Source: an uncultured delta proteobacterium (lineage in GTDB: Bacteria; Desulfobacterota; Desulfobacteria; Desulfobacterales; UBA2156). From it: DNA of 64,000 nucleotides. Numbering within the stretch: position 1 is the stretch's first letter; every line of letters begins with the position of its first letter. Positions 17,674-28,380 of this stretch are shown here, one piece after another. The stretch lies in the NCBI GenBank assembly GCA_963736855.1, contig CAVTQK010000021.1:608001-672000 (forward strand), read 5' to 3'. The notes beneath the pieces were generated by a model, which was not told the DNA's origin, made no database searches, and was given only the letters and a program-made list of their open reading frames with translations. The position numbers and the translations under genes are program-made.

Positions 17674-18375
17674 ATGATCATGGCCGGAAAAAATCCGTCT
17701 GAAGACTCCAACACCGTCGATGCCCTCATCGCCAAAAGCGGTATCATCAACAGACAGATTTTGAAATTCTATCGATATATGCGGTCAAGCGGATCGGGAG
17801 AAATCCCCTCCTCGAACGCCTCTCGTCTGGAACGGACGCACGATATAGTCCGCCGATACTTTGCGGCGGTTCGGATAAATACCCTTGCCGACCTCTTATA
17901 CACCTATTACCTTGGCGGTTCTCTCACCCGCCAGGATCAATTGACCTTCGCGAAAATTCACGGAATGGAGCATCGGGCCTATTTCCTAACCGGTTTCAAT
18001 GCCCTTTGCTGCGGAATTCCCACCGCGGCGATATATTTCCTGGTGGGTGAAGGATTTCAGATCCTCTCGCGGGTTCACTCCTTAACCGAGTTGCCCGCCC
18101 TGTTCGTCGGAAACGCCTCCTTCGGAATCGGTGGAATCAGTTTGGCCGTAGATCTTTTTCGGATGTTCGATGCCTTCTGGAACAAACGTTGCTGGGCACC
18201 CTTCGGCTTTCTTCCCGCGTTCATTAATTTCCCTACCTATCTCAAGATCGGCTATAACAGGATCAAGGCCGGGCGGACTGCAAAAGGGGCTTGCGAAAAG
18301 ACAAAGGCTGATACCCGATTGCCGGGATCGGTACCCGACCGGATATTTACAGGACAAGGAAATAGACATGAGTAA
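17674..18375 (+). CDS. Hypothetical membrane protein
   Basis: 233 aa with 2-3 hydrophobic segments. Its stop overlaps the oadG start. Confidence 0.6.
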   Translation: MIMAGKNPSEDSNTVDALIAKSGIINRQILKFYRYMRSSGSGEIPSSNASRLERTHDIVRRYFAAVRINTLADLLYTYYLGGSLTRQDQLTFAKIHGMEHRAYFLTGFNALCCGIPTAAIYFLVGEGFQILSRVHSLTELPALFVGNASFGIGGISLAVDLFRMFDAFWNKRCWAPFGFLPAFINFPTYLKIGYNRIKAGRTAKGACEKTKADTRLPGSVPDRIFTGQGNRHE

Positions 18376-18514
18376 TTTGACCTTCGGTTTGACAATGATC
18401 GTCTTCGGCATGGGGGGCACGGTGCTAGCTCTTGCCTTGTTCAGTATGCTGATGACGGTCCTGAAAAAGGTTTTTCCCTTTGAAAAAGAGGATACGAAAA
18501 AAGGGAATGCGTAA
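18368..18514 (+). CDS. Na+-translocating decarboxylase gamma/delta subunit (OadG family)
   Basis: 48 aa with a single TM (GLTMIVFGMGGTVLAL), AAGGA RBS, directly before the beta subunit. Confidence 0.75.
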   Translation: MSNLTFGLTMIVFGMGGTVLALALFSMLMTVLKKVFPFEKEDTKKGNA

Positions 18515-18550
18515 TATATACAAACACCTAACTTGCATGCGGGTGGAAAC

Positions 18551-19690
18551 ATGTTTCAAGCGATGATCGATGGACTCTTCGGACTCACGACGGGTTTTAC
18601 CAGCCTTCACTGGTCAAACCCGGTAATGATCGCCGTCGGCGGTCTTCTTCTGTATTTAGGAATTAAAAAAGATATCGAACCCCTCCTGTTGGTACCTATC
18701 GGTTTCGGCGCCATCCTCATCAACATCCCCGCAGCCGGACTCATGGAAGAAGAGGGATTCCTGAGGGTGATTTACAATATGGGCATCGCCACCGAGCTTT
18801 TTCCGCTTTTAATCTTTATCGGTATAGGTGCCATGACGGATTTCGGTCCTTTACTGGAAAATCCGAAGATCTTTCTTCTGGGTGCCGCGGGACAATTCGG
18901 CATTTTTTTGACCATCGGGCTGGCCCTGCTCTTTGGGTTTTCCCAACTGGATGCGGTAGCTATCGGCATCATCGGCGCCTGTGACGGTCCCACGGCCATC
19001 TATGTTTCATCCAAATACGCCCCCCATCTGCTAGGGGCCGTTTCAGTGGCTGCCTATTCTTACATGAGCCTGGTGCCGATCATCCAGCCCCCGATCATGC
19101 GGGCATTGACCACCCAGAAAGAGCGAATCGTCCGCATGGACGTCGAGACGACGCCTGCCTCCAAAACCGCAAGGATCCTGTTTCCCATTGTCGTAACCAT
19201 TGTCGGCGGGCTCATTGCCCCCCAGGGGCTTCCGCTTTTGGGAACGATCATGCTGGGGAATCTGATGAAGGAATCAGGGGCCGTCGCCCGGCTGAGCAAG
19301 GCTTCCGAAAATGAGATCGCCAACGTGGTCACCTTACTCCTCGGTATTTCCATTGGCGCCACCATGGAGGGGAAAGCTTTTTTGAAGTTCCAGACCCTGC
19401 TCATTCTTGCGTTTGGATTTCTGGCCATCTGCCTCGATACGGTTTGTGGCGTACTTTTTGGAAGGCTCATGTGTGCCATGACAGGGGGAAAGATCAACCC
19501 TCTCATCGGTGCTGCCGGAATTTCCGCCTACCCCATGGCCGCCCGCGTGGTTCAGCGGGAAGGGGTGAAGTATGATAAACACAACTTCCTCCTCATGCAT
19601 GCCGTCGGAGCCAATACCGGCGGCCAGGTAGGTTCGGTGATGGCCGCAGCCATCATGCTGTCGGTATTGAAAGGTATAGGCATTATCTAA
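18551..19690 (+). CDS. oadB: Na+-translocating decarboxylase beta subunit (OadB/GcdB/MmdB)
   Basis: EPLLLVPIGFG, GAMTDFGPL, IGIIGACDGPT, AAYSYMSLVP and NPLIGAAG motifs. Confidence 0.93.
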   Translation: MFQAMIDGLFGLTTGFTSLHWSNPVMIAVGGLLLYLGIKKDIEPLLLVPIGFGAILINIPAAGLMEEEGFLRVIYNMGIATELFPLLIFIGIGAMTDFGPLLENPKIFLLGAAGQFGIFLTIGLALLFGFSQLDAVAIGIIGACDGPTAIYVSSKYAPHLLGAVSVAAYSYMSLVPIIQPPIMRALTTQKERIVRMDVETTPASKTARILFPIVVTIVGGLIAPQGLPLLGTIMLGNLMKESGAVARLSKASENEIANVVTLLLGISIGATMEGKAFLKFQTLLILAFGFLAICLDTVCGVLFGRLMCAMTGGKINPLIGAAGISAYPMAARVVQREGVKYDKHNFLLMHAVGANTGGQVGSVMAAAIMLSVLKGIGII

Positions 19691-19764
19691 AATCGTTTAG
19701 GGATCCATCGTTCGTCCATCTTGCAAGTCCTCAAGAAGGCTCTATCGGATGAAGGGGAATCCGT

Positions 19765-19793
19765 TTGACAGGGATTCAGGTTAACTTTATAAT
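19765..19793 (+). promoter_or_regulatory. Consensus sigma-70 promoter for the TRAP operon
   Basis: TTGACA-17 bp-TATAAT. The -35 box sits inside a GAATCC..GGATTC inverted repeat. Confidence 0.75.
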
Positions 19794-19843
19794 TCGTTAT
19801 GCTTTGGGTTCTATTCAATCTATCTGAGAAAAGGAGGATCACA

Positions 19844-20824
19844 ATGAAAAAAACTTGGCTGGGTGTGGGTCTTTTGCTGATACTGCTTGTGTTTGTTTCG
19901 GCGCCTTTAGCCGCGGATAAGGCTGGGTGGCCCAAAGGGGTAACCATAGGAGCGGCTCCGGTCGGCGGCACATATTACATCTGGGCTGGCGGTTATGCAA
20001 AACTGCTTCACGATAAAATGGGAATCCCGGGCAACGTGGAAGTAACCGGCGGCCCGGTGCACAACACCCAATTGGTCGATCTCAAAAAGCTGGACTTCGG
20101 CATGGTCACCGCAGGCCCGGTGTGGGAAGGATTCCATGGAGAGGGTTGGGCCAAAGGGAAAAAGCACGAAAATGTCCGGGTGATTTTTCCCATGTATACC
20201 ACTTACTTCCAGATGTATTCCCTGAGTAAAACCGGTATTAAAAGCATTCTGGACCTGAACGGAAAAAGTGTCGGCGTAGGTCCTGTCGGCGGGACACCGG
20301 CAACGTACTGGCCGATCATTTTTGAGGCGGGCGGTATCAAGCCGGGAAGGATCGTCAACGCCGGATCGGCGGACCTGAATTCGCAGTTAAAAGACGGAAT
20401 GCTCGATGCCAATGGGCAGTCAGTGGGTTTGCCCTGGGTGACGATTACCGAAATCGAAACCACTCATGATGTGAATGCCTATGGCGTTCCGGCAAATGTT
20501 GCCGACAATTTCGTTAAAAAATATCCATACTTCTCCAAAGGATTCATTCCCAAAGGAACTTACAAGAGCAATAAAGACAAGGACATCGAAACGTTGACCG
20601 TGTGGAATTTCATGACCGTGCATAAAGATACTCCGGACGATTTCGTTTATGCTGTTTTGGATGCGACATTTAAAAATGTGGACATCCTGATCGCAACCCA
20701 CCCATCGGCTTCGGAAACAAAGGCGGAAAACATCGTCTTCAGCCCGGTCCCGCTTCATCCCGGCGCAGTGAAGTACTACAAAGAAAAAGGAATCAAGCTT
20801 CCCGATCAGCTGCTTGCCAAATAA
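19844..20824 (+). CDS. TAXI-family TRAP solute-binding protein
   Basis: Signal peptide, GGTYY, TGGPVHN and VPLHPGAVKYYKE. AGGAGG RBS. Confidence 0.92.
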   Translation: MKKTWLGVGLLLILLVFVSAPLAADKAGWPKGVTIGAAPVGGTYYIWAGGYAKLLHDKMGIPGNVEVTGGPVHNTQLVDLKKLDFGMVTAGPVWEGFHGEGWAKGKKHENVRVIFPMYTTYFQMYSLSKTGIKSILDLNGKSVGVGPVGGTPATYWPIIFEAGGIKPGRIVNAGSADLNSQLKDGMLDANGQSVGLPWVTITEIETTHDVNAYGVPANVADNFVKKYPYFSKGFIPKGTYKSNKDKDIETLTVWNFMTVHKDTPDDFVYAVLDATFKNVDILIATHPSASETKAENIVFSPVPLHPGAVKYYKEKGIKLPDQLLAK

Positions 20825-20911
20825 TCGCTTGCAGAAAAATCGGGAGCAACAAAGCGTGCGGATGTCCACATAACAAGGGGGGCCATCCGCACTTTTTTCT
20901 TGTAAGCGATT
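20823..20911 (+). terminator. Intergenic stem-loop with U-tract after the SBP gene (attenuator/stabiliser)
   Basis: GTGCGGATG..CATCCGCAC-TTTTTT nested inside AATCGCTT..AAGCGATT. Confidence 0.55.
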
Positions 20912-20965
20912 TGCTAAGCCACGGAAATGCCTTAGATACCTGGACCCGTAAAAAGGAGAGAACCC

Positions 20966-22915
20966 GTGCCTGATGTCCAACCAGTAGATCTCAAGGAAGT
21001 CGAAAAGAAACTCGAGGAGATGCATATCAAGGACCTCGAGATCGGCGGGAAAAGGGAGCTCAAAGGTCCCCTCGCGGCCGCCGTTTTCATCATCGGCATC
21101 CTCATGAGCCTGTTTCACATTTATGTTCTCACCATACGACCCATCGATCCCTGGTATTTTCGCTCCATGCATGTGGTCTTTGCCGGCATGCTGGTCTTCG
21201 CCCTTGTGCCCGGGTGGAAAGGAGCCGGAAAAAACAGAATGCATATCCTCGACTATGTGTTGATCCTCATGCTGATCGTGCCTGTGGTCTACATTTTTAT
21301 CGATTTCGACGACTGGATTTATCGTGTGGGAGTTGTCCCTACTTCCTGGGATTTCTTCTTTTCCACGCTCTTTGTGATCGCGGTCTGGGAAATGGCAAGA
21401 AGAACAACGGGATGGTCTCTCGCCATCTTGTCCGCCGTTTTCATTCTCTACGGACATTTCGGAAATTACATGCCCGGACTCTTTTACCATAAAGGGTATG
21501 CCTTTGACCGGATGATGACCTATCTCTTCAGCCTGGACGGTATCTTCAGCCTCCCGGTACTCGCCTCCGCCCATTATATTTTCCTTTTCGTCCTTTTCGG
21601 CGCCTTTGTGGAAGCGTCGGGCGCAGGAAAATTTTTCGTCGATTTCGCCCGCTGTGCCGCCGGTCGCCTTCGGGGTGGGCCTGCCAAGGTGTCCATCATT
21701 TCCAGTGCCTTGATCGGTACAGCCTCTGGATCCTCCGTCGCCAATGTGGTGGTAGACGGCGTGTTCAATATCCCCCTGATGAAGGCCAGCGGCTTCAAAT
21801 CCTCCGTGGCCGGTGCCATAGAAGCAATGAACTCCAGCGGCGGACAGATCGTTCCCCCGGTCATGGGCGCCGGTGCATTTCTTATGGCTGAAATCCTGGG
21901 AGTACCTTATTCTCAGGTGGCCTTGGCCGCCATCATCCCGGCCGTTTTGTATTATGTGTCCGCATACTGGATGATCGATTTTTACGCCGCCTCGGAAGGA
22001 TTGGTGGGACTGCGTAAGGAAGAGCTGCCGGTTTTTCGGAAAATCATGGCCGAAAAAGGGTACCTCCTGGCGCCCATCGTAATCTTGCTGTTCTGCCTCA
22101 TGGTATTGATGTATTCTCCCTACCGCAGCGCCCTTTACGGAATTATTTCACTGATCATAGCCAGCTGGATCCGGAAAAGCACCCGGATGAGCCTCAAGGA
22201 CATCATCAAGACCCTTTCCGATGGGGCCAAAGGATCCATGGAGATCGCGGCCACCTGCGCTACAGCGGGAATTATCGTCGGGGTTCTGACCCAGACCGGT
22301 CTGGGTCAGAAGTTCGCCATGATCATTTTCAGTTACTCCGGCGGCTATCTTTTACTGGGCCTAATTTTCACTATGATCATCGCCGTCGTCCTGGGTATGG
22401 GGATGCCGACGACCGCGGCGTACGCCATTTCAGCCTCAGTTCTGGCGCCCGCACTGATCCGGGAATTCCATGTGGCTCCAATGGCTGCCCATATGTTCAT
22501 CTTCTATTTTGCTTGTCTATCCGCTCTGACCCCTCCTGTTGCACTGGCTTCATTTGCCGCTGCGGCCATTGCCTCGGCAAGACTCTGGGATGTGGGATGG
22601 ATGGGAATGAAATTCGCACTGGCGGGATTCCTGATTCCCTTTATGTTCGTCTATGGTCCGTCCATGGTGTTGGTGGGTTCTGGAACCGAAATCACGCTGA
22701 CCATCATCACCGGCATAATCGGAGTAACCGCACTCGCTGCAGCGGTTCAAGGCTACCTCTTGAAAAGAGCGAACCTGCTGGAGCGAATCCTTCTTCTGAT
22801 CGCAGCTCTGGCTCTCATCAAGCCCGGATGGATGACCGATATGGCCGGCGCAGCGATTTTGATCGTCGTTGTAGTATTTCAATTCATTAAGCGAAGACAG
22901 GCTACTGGAGCGTAA
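20966..22915 (+). CDS. TRAP fused 4TM/12TM permease
   Basis: GGPAKV, GSSVANV, GGQIVPPVMGAGAF, LGMGMPTTAAY and TPPVALA motifs. Confidence 0.93.
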   Translation: MPDVQPVDLKEVEKKLEEMHIKDLEIGGKRELKGPLAAAVFIIGILMSLFHIYVLTIRPIDPWYFRSMHVVFAGMLVFALVPGWKGAGKNRMHILDYVLILMLIVPVVYIFIDFDDWIYRVGVVPTSWDFFFSTLFVIAVWEMARRTTGWSLAILSAVFILYGHFGNYMPGLFYHKGYAFDRMMTYLFSLDGIFSLPVLASAHYIFLFVLFGAFVEASGAGKFFVDFARCAAGRLRGGPAKVSIISSALIGTASGSSVANVVVDGVFNIPLMKASGFKSSVAGAIEAMNSSGGQIVPPVMGAGAFLMAEILGVPYSQVALAAIIPAVLYYVSAYWMIDFYAASEGLVGLRKEELPVFRKIMAEKGYLLAPIVILLFCLMVLMYSPYRSALYGIISLIIASWIRKSTRMSLKDIIKTLSDGAKGSMEIAATCATAGIIVGVLTQTGLGQKFAMIIFSYSGGYLLLGLIFTMIIAVVLGMGMPTTAAYAISASVLAPALIREFHVAPMAAHMFIFYFACLSALTPPVALASFAAAAIASARLWDVGWMGMKFALAGFLIPFMFVYGPSMVLVGSGTEITLTIITGIIGVTALAAAVQGYLLKRANLLERILLLIAALALIKPGWMTDMAGAAILIVVVVFQFIKRRQATGA

Positions 22916-22916
22916 A

Positions 22917-23990
22917 TTGGCCGGATCGTATCGAATCGCCGTCATCCCCGGCGATGGGATTGGAAAAGAAGTCGTCTCCATCGGCATCGACTGTCTGAAA
23001 ACCATCCAGGAGCTGCTCGGCTCCATAAAGTTCGAGTTCGTCTATTTTCCGTGGGGTAGCGAGTTTTTCCTGAAACACGGCAGAATGATGCCTGACGACG
23101 GGCTGAAAACGTTGGCTGTCTTTCAGTCCATCTATTTAGGCGCAGTGGGAGACCCCCGAGTTCCGGATCACGTCACGCTCCATGGTCTTTTGATCCCCAT
23201 CAAGATGGGCTTTGATCTCTATGCCGGACTGCGACCCGCTTTTCTTTTCCCTGGTGTTGAAAGCCCTCTGGTACATGCCTCGGAAACAGGGATCGATATT
23301 GTGGTGATCCGGGAAAACAGCGAAGGAGAGTATTGTCCCATCGGGGGCAGACACGGCCGGATGGAACACCACCTGGCGGTCCAGACCGCCCTGTTTACCA
23401 GGATCGGCTGTGAACGCATCATCACCTATGCCTTCGAGTATGCCAGGACGAAAAAGAGAAAAAAGGTGACCTCCATCACCAAATCCAATGCCCAAATCTA
23501 TGGAATGGTCCTTTGGGATGAAATTTTTAAAGAAACGGCCGCCAGGTTTCCGGATATTTCAACGGAATCGAAACTTGTCGATGCCGCCTGCCACGATGTG
23601 GTTCGAAAACCGGAATCATTTGATGTCATCGTCGCCTCCAACCTCTTTGCAGACATACTTTCCGATCTCACCGCGGCGATTGTCGGGGGCCTGGGGATTG
23701 CCCCCGGTGGAAGTTTCAACCCCAAGGATCAGAGTCTCCCCGGACTCTTTGATCCCGTACATGGGTCCGCTCCGGACATTGCCGGGAAATGGATCGCCAA
23801 TCCTCTGGGAGCCGTACTGACCGCCTCAATGATGCTGGAGCAACTGGGGGAGACAGAGGCGGCAGGACTCATTTACAAGGCGGTGCGCATAAACTTAGGC
23901 GAAAAAAAAGTGAGAACCCGGGATCTGGGGGGAAAATCCGGCACCAAAGAAGTCGGCAAAGACCTTATTCGCATCCTGAAATCCTTTTGA
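22917..23990 (+). CDS. Tartrate/D-malate dehydrogenase-like enzyme (isocitrate/isopropylmalate DH family)
   Basis: IPGDGIGKEV, VPDHVTL, RENSEGEY, TKSNA, SNLFADILSDL and PVHGSAPDIAG motifs. Confidence 0.85.
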   Translation: MAGSYRIAVIPGDGIGKEVVSIGIDCLKTIQELLGSIKFEFVYFPWGSEFFLKHGRMMPDDGLKTLAVFQSIYLGAVGDPRVPDHVTLHGLLIPIKMGFDLYAGLRPAFLFPGVESPLVHASETGIDIVVIRENSEGEYCPIGGRHGRMEHHLAVQTALFTRIGCERIITYAFEYARTKKRKKVTSITKSNAQIYGMVLWDEIFKETAARFPDISTESKLVDAACHDVVRKPESFDVIVASNLFADILSDLTAAIVGGLGIAPGGSFNPKDQSLPGLFDPVHGSAPDIAGKWIANPLGAVLTASMMLEQLGETEAAGLIYKAVRINLGEKKVRTRDLGGKSGTKEVGKDLIRILKSF

Positions 23991-24027
23991 TCGAACCGCA
24001 CGAAACCAAAATTGTGTAGGGACTTCG

Positions 24028-25435
24028 ATGGGTATTTTGGCCATCGATCAGGGAACCCACGCCACCCGGGCAATGCTTCTGGACGACCGGGGTGCTGTCC
24101 TGGCCTCCCGTTTTATCCCGGTTTCCCTTTGCCGTCAGGGACGCAACCGAGTGGAACAGGACCCGACGGAGATCGCCGAATCCGTTCGCATTGCAATCAA
24201 GAAATCTCCTTTCGATTCGCAGCGTTCGATCCCATGAAATTGCAGCAGCCGGGATGGCCACCCAGCGATCCAGCATCGTGGCATGGGACCGAAGGAACGG
24301 AAATCCTCTCTCTCCGGTCTTAAGCTGGCAGGATCATCGCCGCGCCGTATGGCTCAATAAGATTCGCACTCATTCCGAAAAAATTAAAACCATCAACGGT
24401 CTTCACCTGACTCCCTACTATGGCGCCAGCAAAATGCGATGGTGCTTAGAAAACCTTCCGAAAGTCCGCCTGGCATACAGAAACGGTTATCTGGCCATAG
24501 GTCCCCTTGCCAGCTTTCTGATCTTCCATTTGCTCAAATCAAATCCCGTAGTCGTGGATCATGCCAATGCCCAGCGTACGCAGCTTTTTTCCCTGAAAAG
24601 CCTGAACTGGGATCCGTGGCTTTGCTCTCTTTTCGGCGTTCCTGTGGAACTCCTTCCCCGCTGTCTTCCCATTTGTCATAACTATGGAATCCTCAAGCAT
24701 GCACAGATTCCGCTCTTGACCGTCAACGGCGATCAGACCGCCGCTTTCTTCTCCCGCGGCAAACCTCAATGCAATACCGCCGTCATCAACATCGGAAGCG
24801 GAGCCTTTGTCCTGAAATCCACGAGGAATCGGCTGATCGCGGATCCGGAGCTTCTTTCCGGCATCGCCGACAGTACTTTCGGAAAAGTAGAATACGTCAT
24901 GGAAGGAACCGTCAACGGTGCCTCTTCCGCTTTGGCGTGGGCTGTAAAAAAATGGAACCTTCCAGATCCCGAAAAGAACTTGGACTCTTGGCTGACGCAA
25001 TCCGGAGAGGTCCCTATATTCATCAACACCATCGGAGGCTTAGGTTCGCCGTGGTGGAAACCCGGTCCGCCGGCATATCTTGTGGGTCCCGAAGCACCTT
25101 GGCAGGTCGCTGCGGGTGTGTTGGAAAGCATCCTCTTCATGCTCATGGTCAACATGGAAAGGATAGCCCAAACCGGCAAGGCTTTCCGACGGATTCAGAT
25201 CAGCGGCGGGTTATCCGGCTCTGACGGTGTATGCCGGCGCCTTTCCGACCTGACGCAACTTCCGGTTTACCGTCCTGCAGAAACCGAAGCCACCGCCAGG
25301 GGAATTGCTTGGCTGGCCCTTAGACGACCGCCCCGGTGGCCAGAACCCGGGCGCGGAAAATGGTTCCACCCTCACCCGAATCCGCATATACAGGAGCGCT
25401 TCCGAAAATTTAGGTACCTGATGGATGCCCTCTAG
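24028..25435 (+). CDS. FGGY-family kinase (glycerol kinase-like), +1 frameshift near 24200
   Basis: LAIDQGT..VEQDP in one frame; ATQRSS, SWQD, GDQTAA and EATARG in the +1 frame. Confidence 0.8.
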
Positions 25436-25436
25436 G

Positions 25437-26522
25437 CTACCGGGAACCAATCTGCTTTTGGCTGTCTTTATCGAAGAGATGGATATGCTGAGGAGAAACG
25501 GAAAGGTGCAATTCCGCACCTTTTTCCACGCGGACGTTCTCGGTGAGGCGAACCGTCAGCGGGGAGTCAGCCTCCAAGAGCCGACCGTGCACCAAGGTAT
25601 CCGCACCGAGCATCTCCGCGTGGTCTACTTTGAATCGGATGGGGCCTGAAGGATCCGCGGCAAGCTTCAGGTGTTCCGGGCGCATCCCCACGATGACCGT
25701 TTTTTCCCGGTATTCCGGAATTCCCTTTTCCGGCAGTGGTAGAAAGAGATTTCCCGAAAGCACCACCGCTTTTCCATCTCCGGTCACCCTTGCATCGAAA
25801 AAATTCATGGCCGGAGAGCCGATGAATCCTGCCACGAATGTATTGGCCGGCAATCCATAAATCTCCAGAGGTGATCCGATCTGCTCGGCGGAACCGTTTT
25901 CCATGATCAGGAGGCGATCTCCCAGGGTCATGGCCTCCACCTGGTCGTGTGTGACATAGATGCTCGTAATGTGCAGGTCTTCGTGGAGTCTGCGGATCTC
26001 CAGCCGCATTTGGACCCTTAACTTGGCATCCAGGTTGCTCAGGGGCTCGTCGAATAAAAAAGCCTTGGGCTCCCTCACGATGCAACGTCCCATGGCCACC
26101 CGTTGTCTCTGCCCTCCGGAAAGCTCCCTCGGTTTTCGATTCAACAATTCAGTCAGTTCCAGAACCCTTGCGGCAGCAAGAACCCGTTTTTGAATCTCGG
26201 GTTTGGGCATCCGCCGGATCTTGAGCCCGTAAGCCATATTGTTGAATACGGTCATGTGGGGATAGAGAGCATAAGTTTGAAAAACCATGGCGATATCCCG
26301 GGCAGCCGGCTCCAGGTCGTTGACCCGTTTTTCGTCGATTAAGATTTCCCCTGAAGTGACCGCTTCCAGCCCGGCGATCATCCTCAGCACCGTCGACTTC
26401 CCGCATCCGGAAGGCCCCAGAATCACCAGGAATTCACCATCGGCGATATCGCAGGAGATGCCATGGATGATCTCGGTTTTACCGAAGGACTTGCGTATAT
26501 CTTTCAAGTTGATTCGGGCCAT
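25437..26522 (-). CDS. ugpC: sn-glycerol-3-phosphate ABC transporter ATPase
   Basis: GPSGCGKS, LSGGQRQRVAMGR, FDEPLSNLDAKLR. Operon context. Confidence 0.93.
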   Translation of the reverse strand: MARINLKDIRKSFGKTEIIHGISCDIADGEFLVILGPSGCGKSTVLRMIAGLEAVTSGEILIDEKRVNDLEPAARDIAMVFQTYALYPHMTVFNNMAYGLKIRRMPKPEIQKRVLAAARVLELTELLNRKPRELSGGQRQRVAMGRCIVREPKAFLFDEPLSNLDAKLRVQMRLEIRRLHEDLHITSIYVTHDQVEAMTLGDRLLIMENGSAEQIGSPLEIYGLPANTFVAGFIGSPAMNFFDARVTGDGKAVVLSGNLFLPLPEKGIPEYREKTVIVGMRPEHLKLAADPSGPIRFKVDHAEMLGADTLVHGRLLEADSPLTVRLTENVRVEKGAELHLSVSPQHIHLFDKDSQKQIGSR

Positions 26523-26531
26523 AGCACACCC

Positions 26532-27374
26532 TCATTTTTCCGTTTCGGTGATGCCTCGGACGAACTGCTTTTGCATGAAGATGACGATGAGCACCGGCGG
26601 CAGCATAGCCAGCATGGTTGAAGCCATGATGATATGCCATTCCGCCTGCCCTTCCCCCACATCCAGCATGCGTTTGATCCCGATCAACAGGGTATAATAG
26701 CGTTCGTCGGTGGTGATCAGAAGCGGCCATAAATATTGGTTCCAGCCGTAGATGAAGAGAATGACGAAAAGCGCTGCAATGGATGTTTTCGACATGGGAA
26801 GGAGGATATCGAAAAAAAACCGCAGCGGCCCTCCCCCGTCGATGCGATGGGCTTCACACAGCTCGTCGGGAACGGTCAAGAAAAACTGCCGGAATAAAAA
26901 GGTGGCGGTTGCCGATGCGATCAATGGGAGAATGAGGCCGGTGTAGGAATCGAGGATCTTGAGATCCGAAGCCACCTTATAGGTCGGCAGAATTCGAACT
27001 TCTACCGGGAGCATCAACGTAATAAAAATCATCCAGAAAAAAAACATGCGCAAGCGGAATCGAAAATAGACCACCGCGAAGGCGGCAAAAAGCGAGATAA
27101 CGATTTTCCCGATTGTGATTCCCAGCGCCATGATCAGGCTGTTAAGCATCATGGCGCCGACGGTTACGCCTACGTCTCTCGGACCCACGGTAATGGCCCG
27201 AAGATAATTTTGAACCAGGTGCCGTCCAGGGAGCAGGGGGAAGGATCCGGTGATCTCATCGAGAGTGTGAGTCGAGGCGACGAAGGTCACATATATGGGG
27301 AAGGCCACCACCACGATTCCGGCGATGAGCACGGCATGGGTAAAAAGGGTCAGCCAGGGGCGACGCTCGACCAT
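26532..27374 (-). CDS. ugpE: G3P ABC permease
   Basis: MVERRP, TLMLPVEVRI, ASATATFLFRQFF and YGWNQYLWP. Confidence 0.93.
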   Translation of the reverse strand: MVERRPWLTLFTHAVLIAGIVVVAFPIYVTFVASTHTLDEITGSFPLLPGRHLVQNYLRAITVGPRDVGVTVGAMMLNSLIMALGITIGKIVISLFAAFAVVYFRFRLRMFFFWMIFITLMLPVEVRILPTYKVASDLKILDSYTGLILPLIASATATFLFRQFFLTVPDELCEAHRIDGGGPLRFFFDILLPMSKTSIAALFVILFIYGWNQYLWPLLITTDERYYTLLIGIKRMLDVGEGQAEWHIIMASTMLAMLPPVLIVIFMQKQFVRGITETEK

Positions 27375-27375
27375 T

Positions 27376-28257
27376 TCAGTAGTGCACCTTTCGCTCGATG
27401 TACCGAAACTGGATGACCGTAAGCCCGATGACGATGACCATCAGTATCACGGATTGCGCGGCGGACCCGCCCAGATCCAAATTCAAAAATCCGTCGTGAT
27501 AGACTTTGAAGACCAGAATGTTGGTGGCTTGGTTTGGACCTCCTCTCGTGAGGGCATGCACCACCCCGAAGGTGTCGAAAAAGGCGTACACGATATTGAC
27601 CACGACAAGAAAAAAGGCCGTGGGTGAAAGAAGTGGAAAGACGATGGTCCAAAACCGTCTAAACGGACGGGCTCCGTCCATGGCCGCCGCCTCGATGAGG
27701 GATTTGGGAATGGCCTGCAGGCCGGCTAGAAAAAAAAGAAAATTATAAGATATTTCCCGCCATGCCGCCGCAAGGATTACCAGCAGGAGGGCCTGTCCTC
27801 CATTGAGCGTGTGGTTCCACTGGTAGCCCAGCTTCTCCAGATAGAAGGTCACGATCCCGACAGTAGGGTTAAAGAGGAAAAACCATAAGGCCGCCGCCAC
27901 TACCGGGGCCACGGCATAAGGCCATATGATGAGGGCCTTGTAAACCGTAGCTCTCTTGATGACGCGATCCGCCATTACCGCCAGAAACAAGGCCATGGAC
28001 ATAGCCGTGGCAGCCACGGAAAAACTGAAGATTACGGTGACGCGGATGGAGTGAAGGTATATCGGATCATTGAAAATATCGATAAAGTTTTTCAACCCGA
28101 CGAACCGGGAGGAAAGCCCGAACGGATCTTCCTGCAATACACTCTGAAAAAGGGCTTGGGAAGCAGGCCAGAAAAAAAAGACCGCCGTGATGAGAATCTG
28201 TGGGGCGACCAAAAAATACGGAAGCACCCGGTTGTCGAAGACGACGCGCTTTTCCAT
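27376..28257 (-). CDS. ugpA: G3P ABC permease
   Basis: [25 protein letters not shown] and YAFFDTFG. Confidence 0.93.
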   Translation of the reverse strand: MEKRVVFDNRVLPYFLVAPQILITAVFFFWPASQALFQSVLQEDPFGLSSRFVGLKNFIDIFNDPIYLHSIRVTVIFSFSVAATAMSMALFLAVMADRVIKRATVYKALIIWPYAVAPVVAAALWFFLFNPTVGIVTFYLEKLGYQWNHTLNGGQALLLVILAAAWREISYNFLFFLAGLQAIPKSLIEAAAMDGARPFRRFWTIVFPLLSPTAFFLVVVNIVYAFFDTFGVVHALTRGGPNQATNILVFKVYHDGFLNLDLGGSAAQSVILMVIVIGLTVIQFRYIERKVHY

Positions 28258-28283
28258 TCCGGTTCTGGATTCCTATCTATAGG

Positions 28284-28320
28284 ACCGGATCCCCTCCCCG
28301 GATCGGGGGTGAGGATCCGG
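28284..28320. other. Intergenic hairpin between ugpB and ugpA
   Basis: CCGGATCC..CCCC GGATC GGGG..GGATCCGG. Confidence 0.55.
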
Positions 28321-28380
28321 ATCGTTGAGTGAATCAAGCTTCCCGGATTATCAGCCAGGTAAAATCAGACCATGCTTTTA

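Noticed and set aside
24028..25435. Programmed frameshifting or phase variation in the four split genes
   Set aside because: No slippery heptamers or long homopolymers at the inferred sites. Sequencing error is the simpler explanation.
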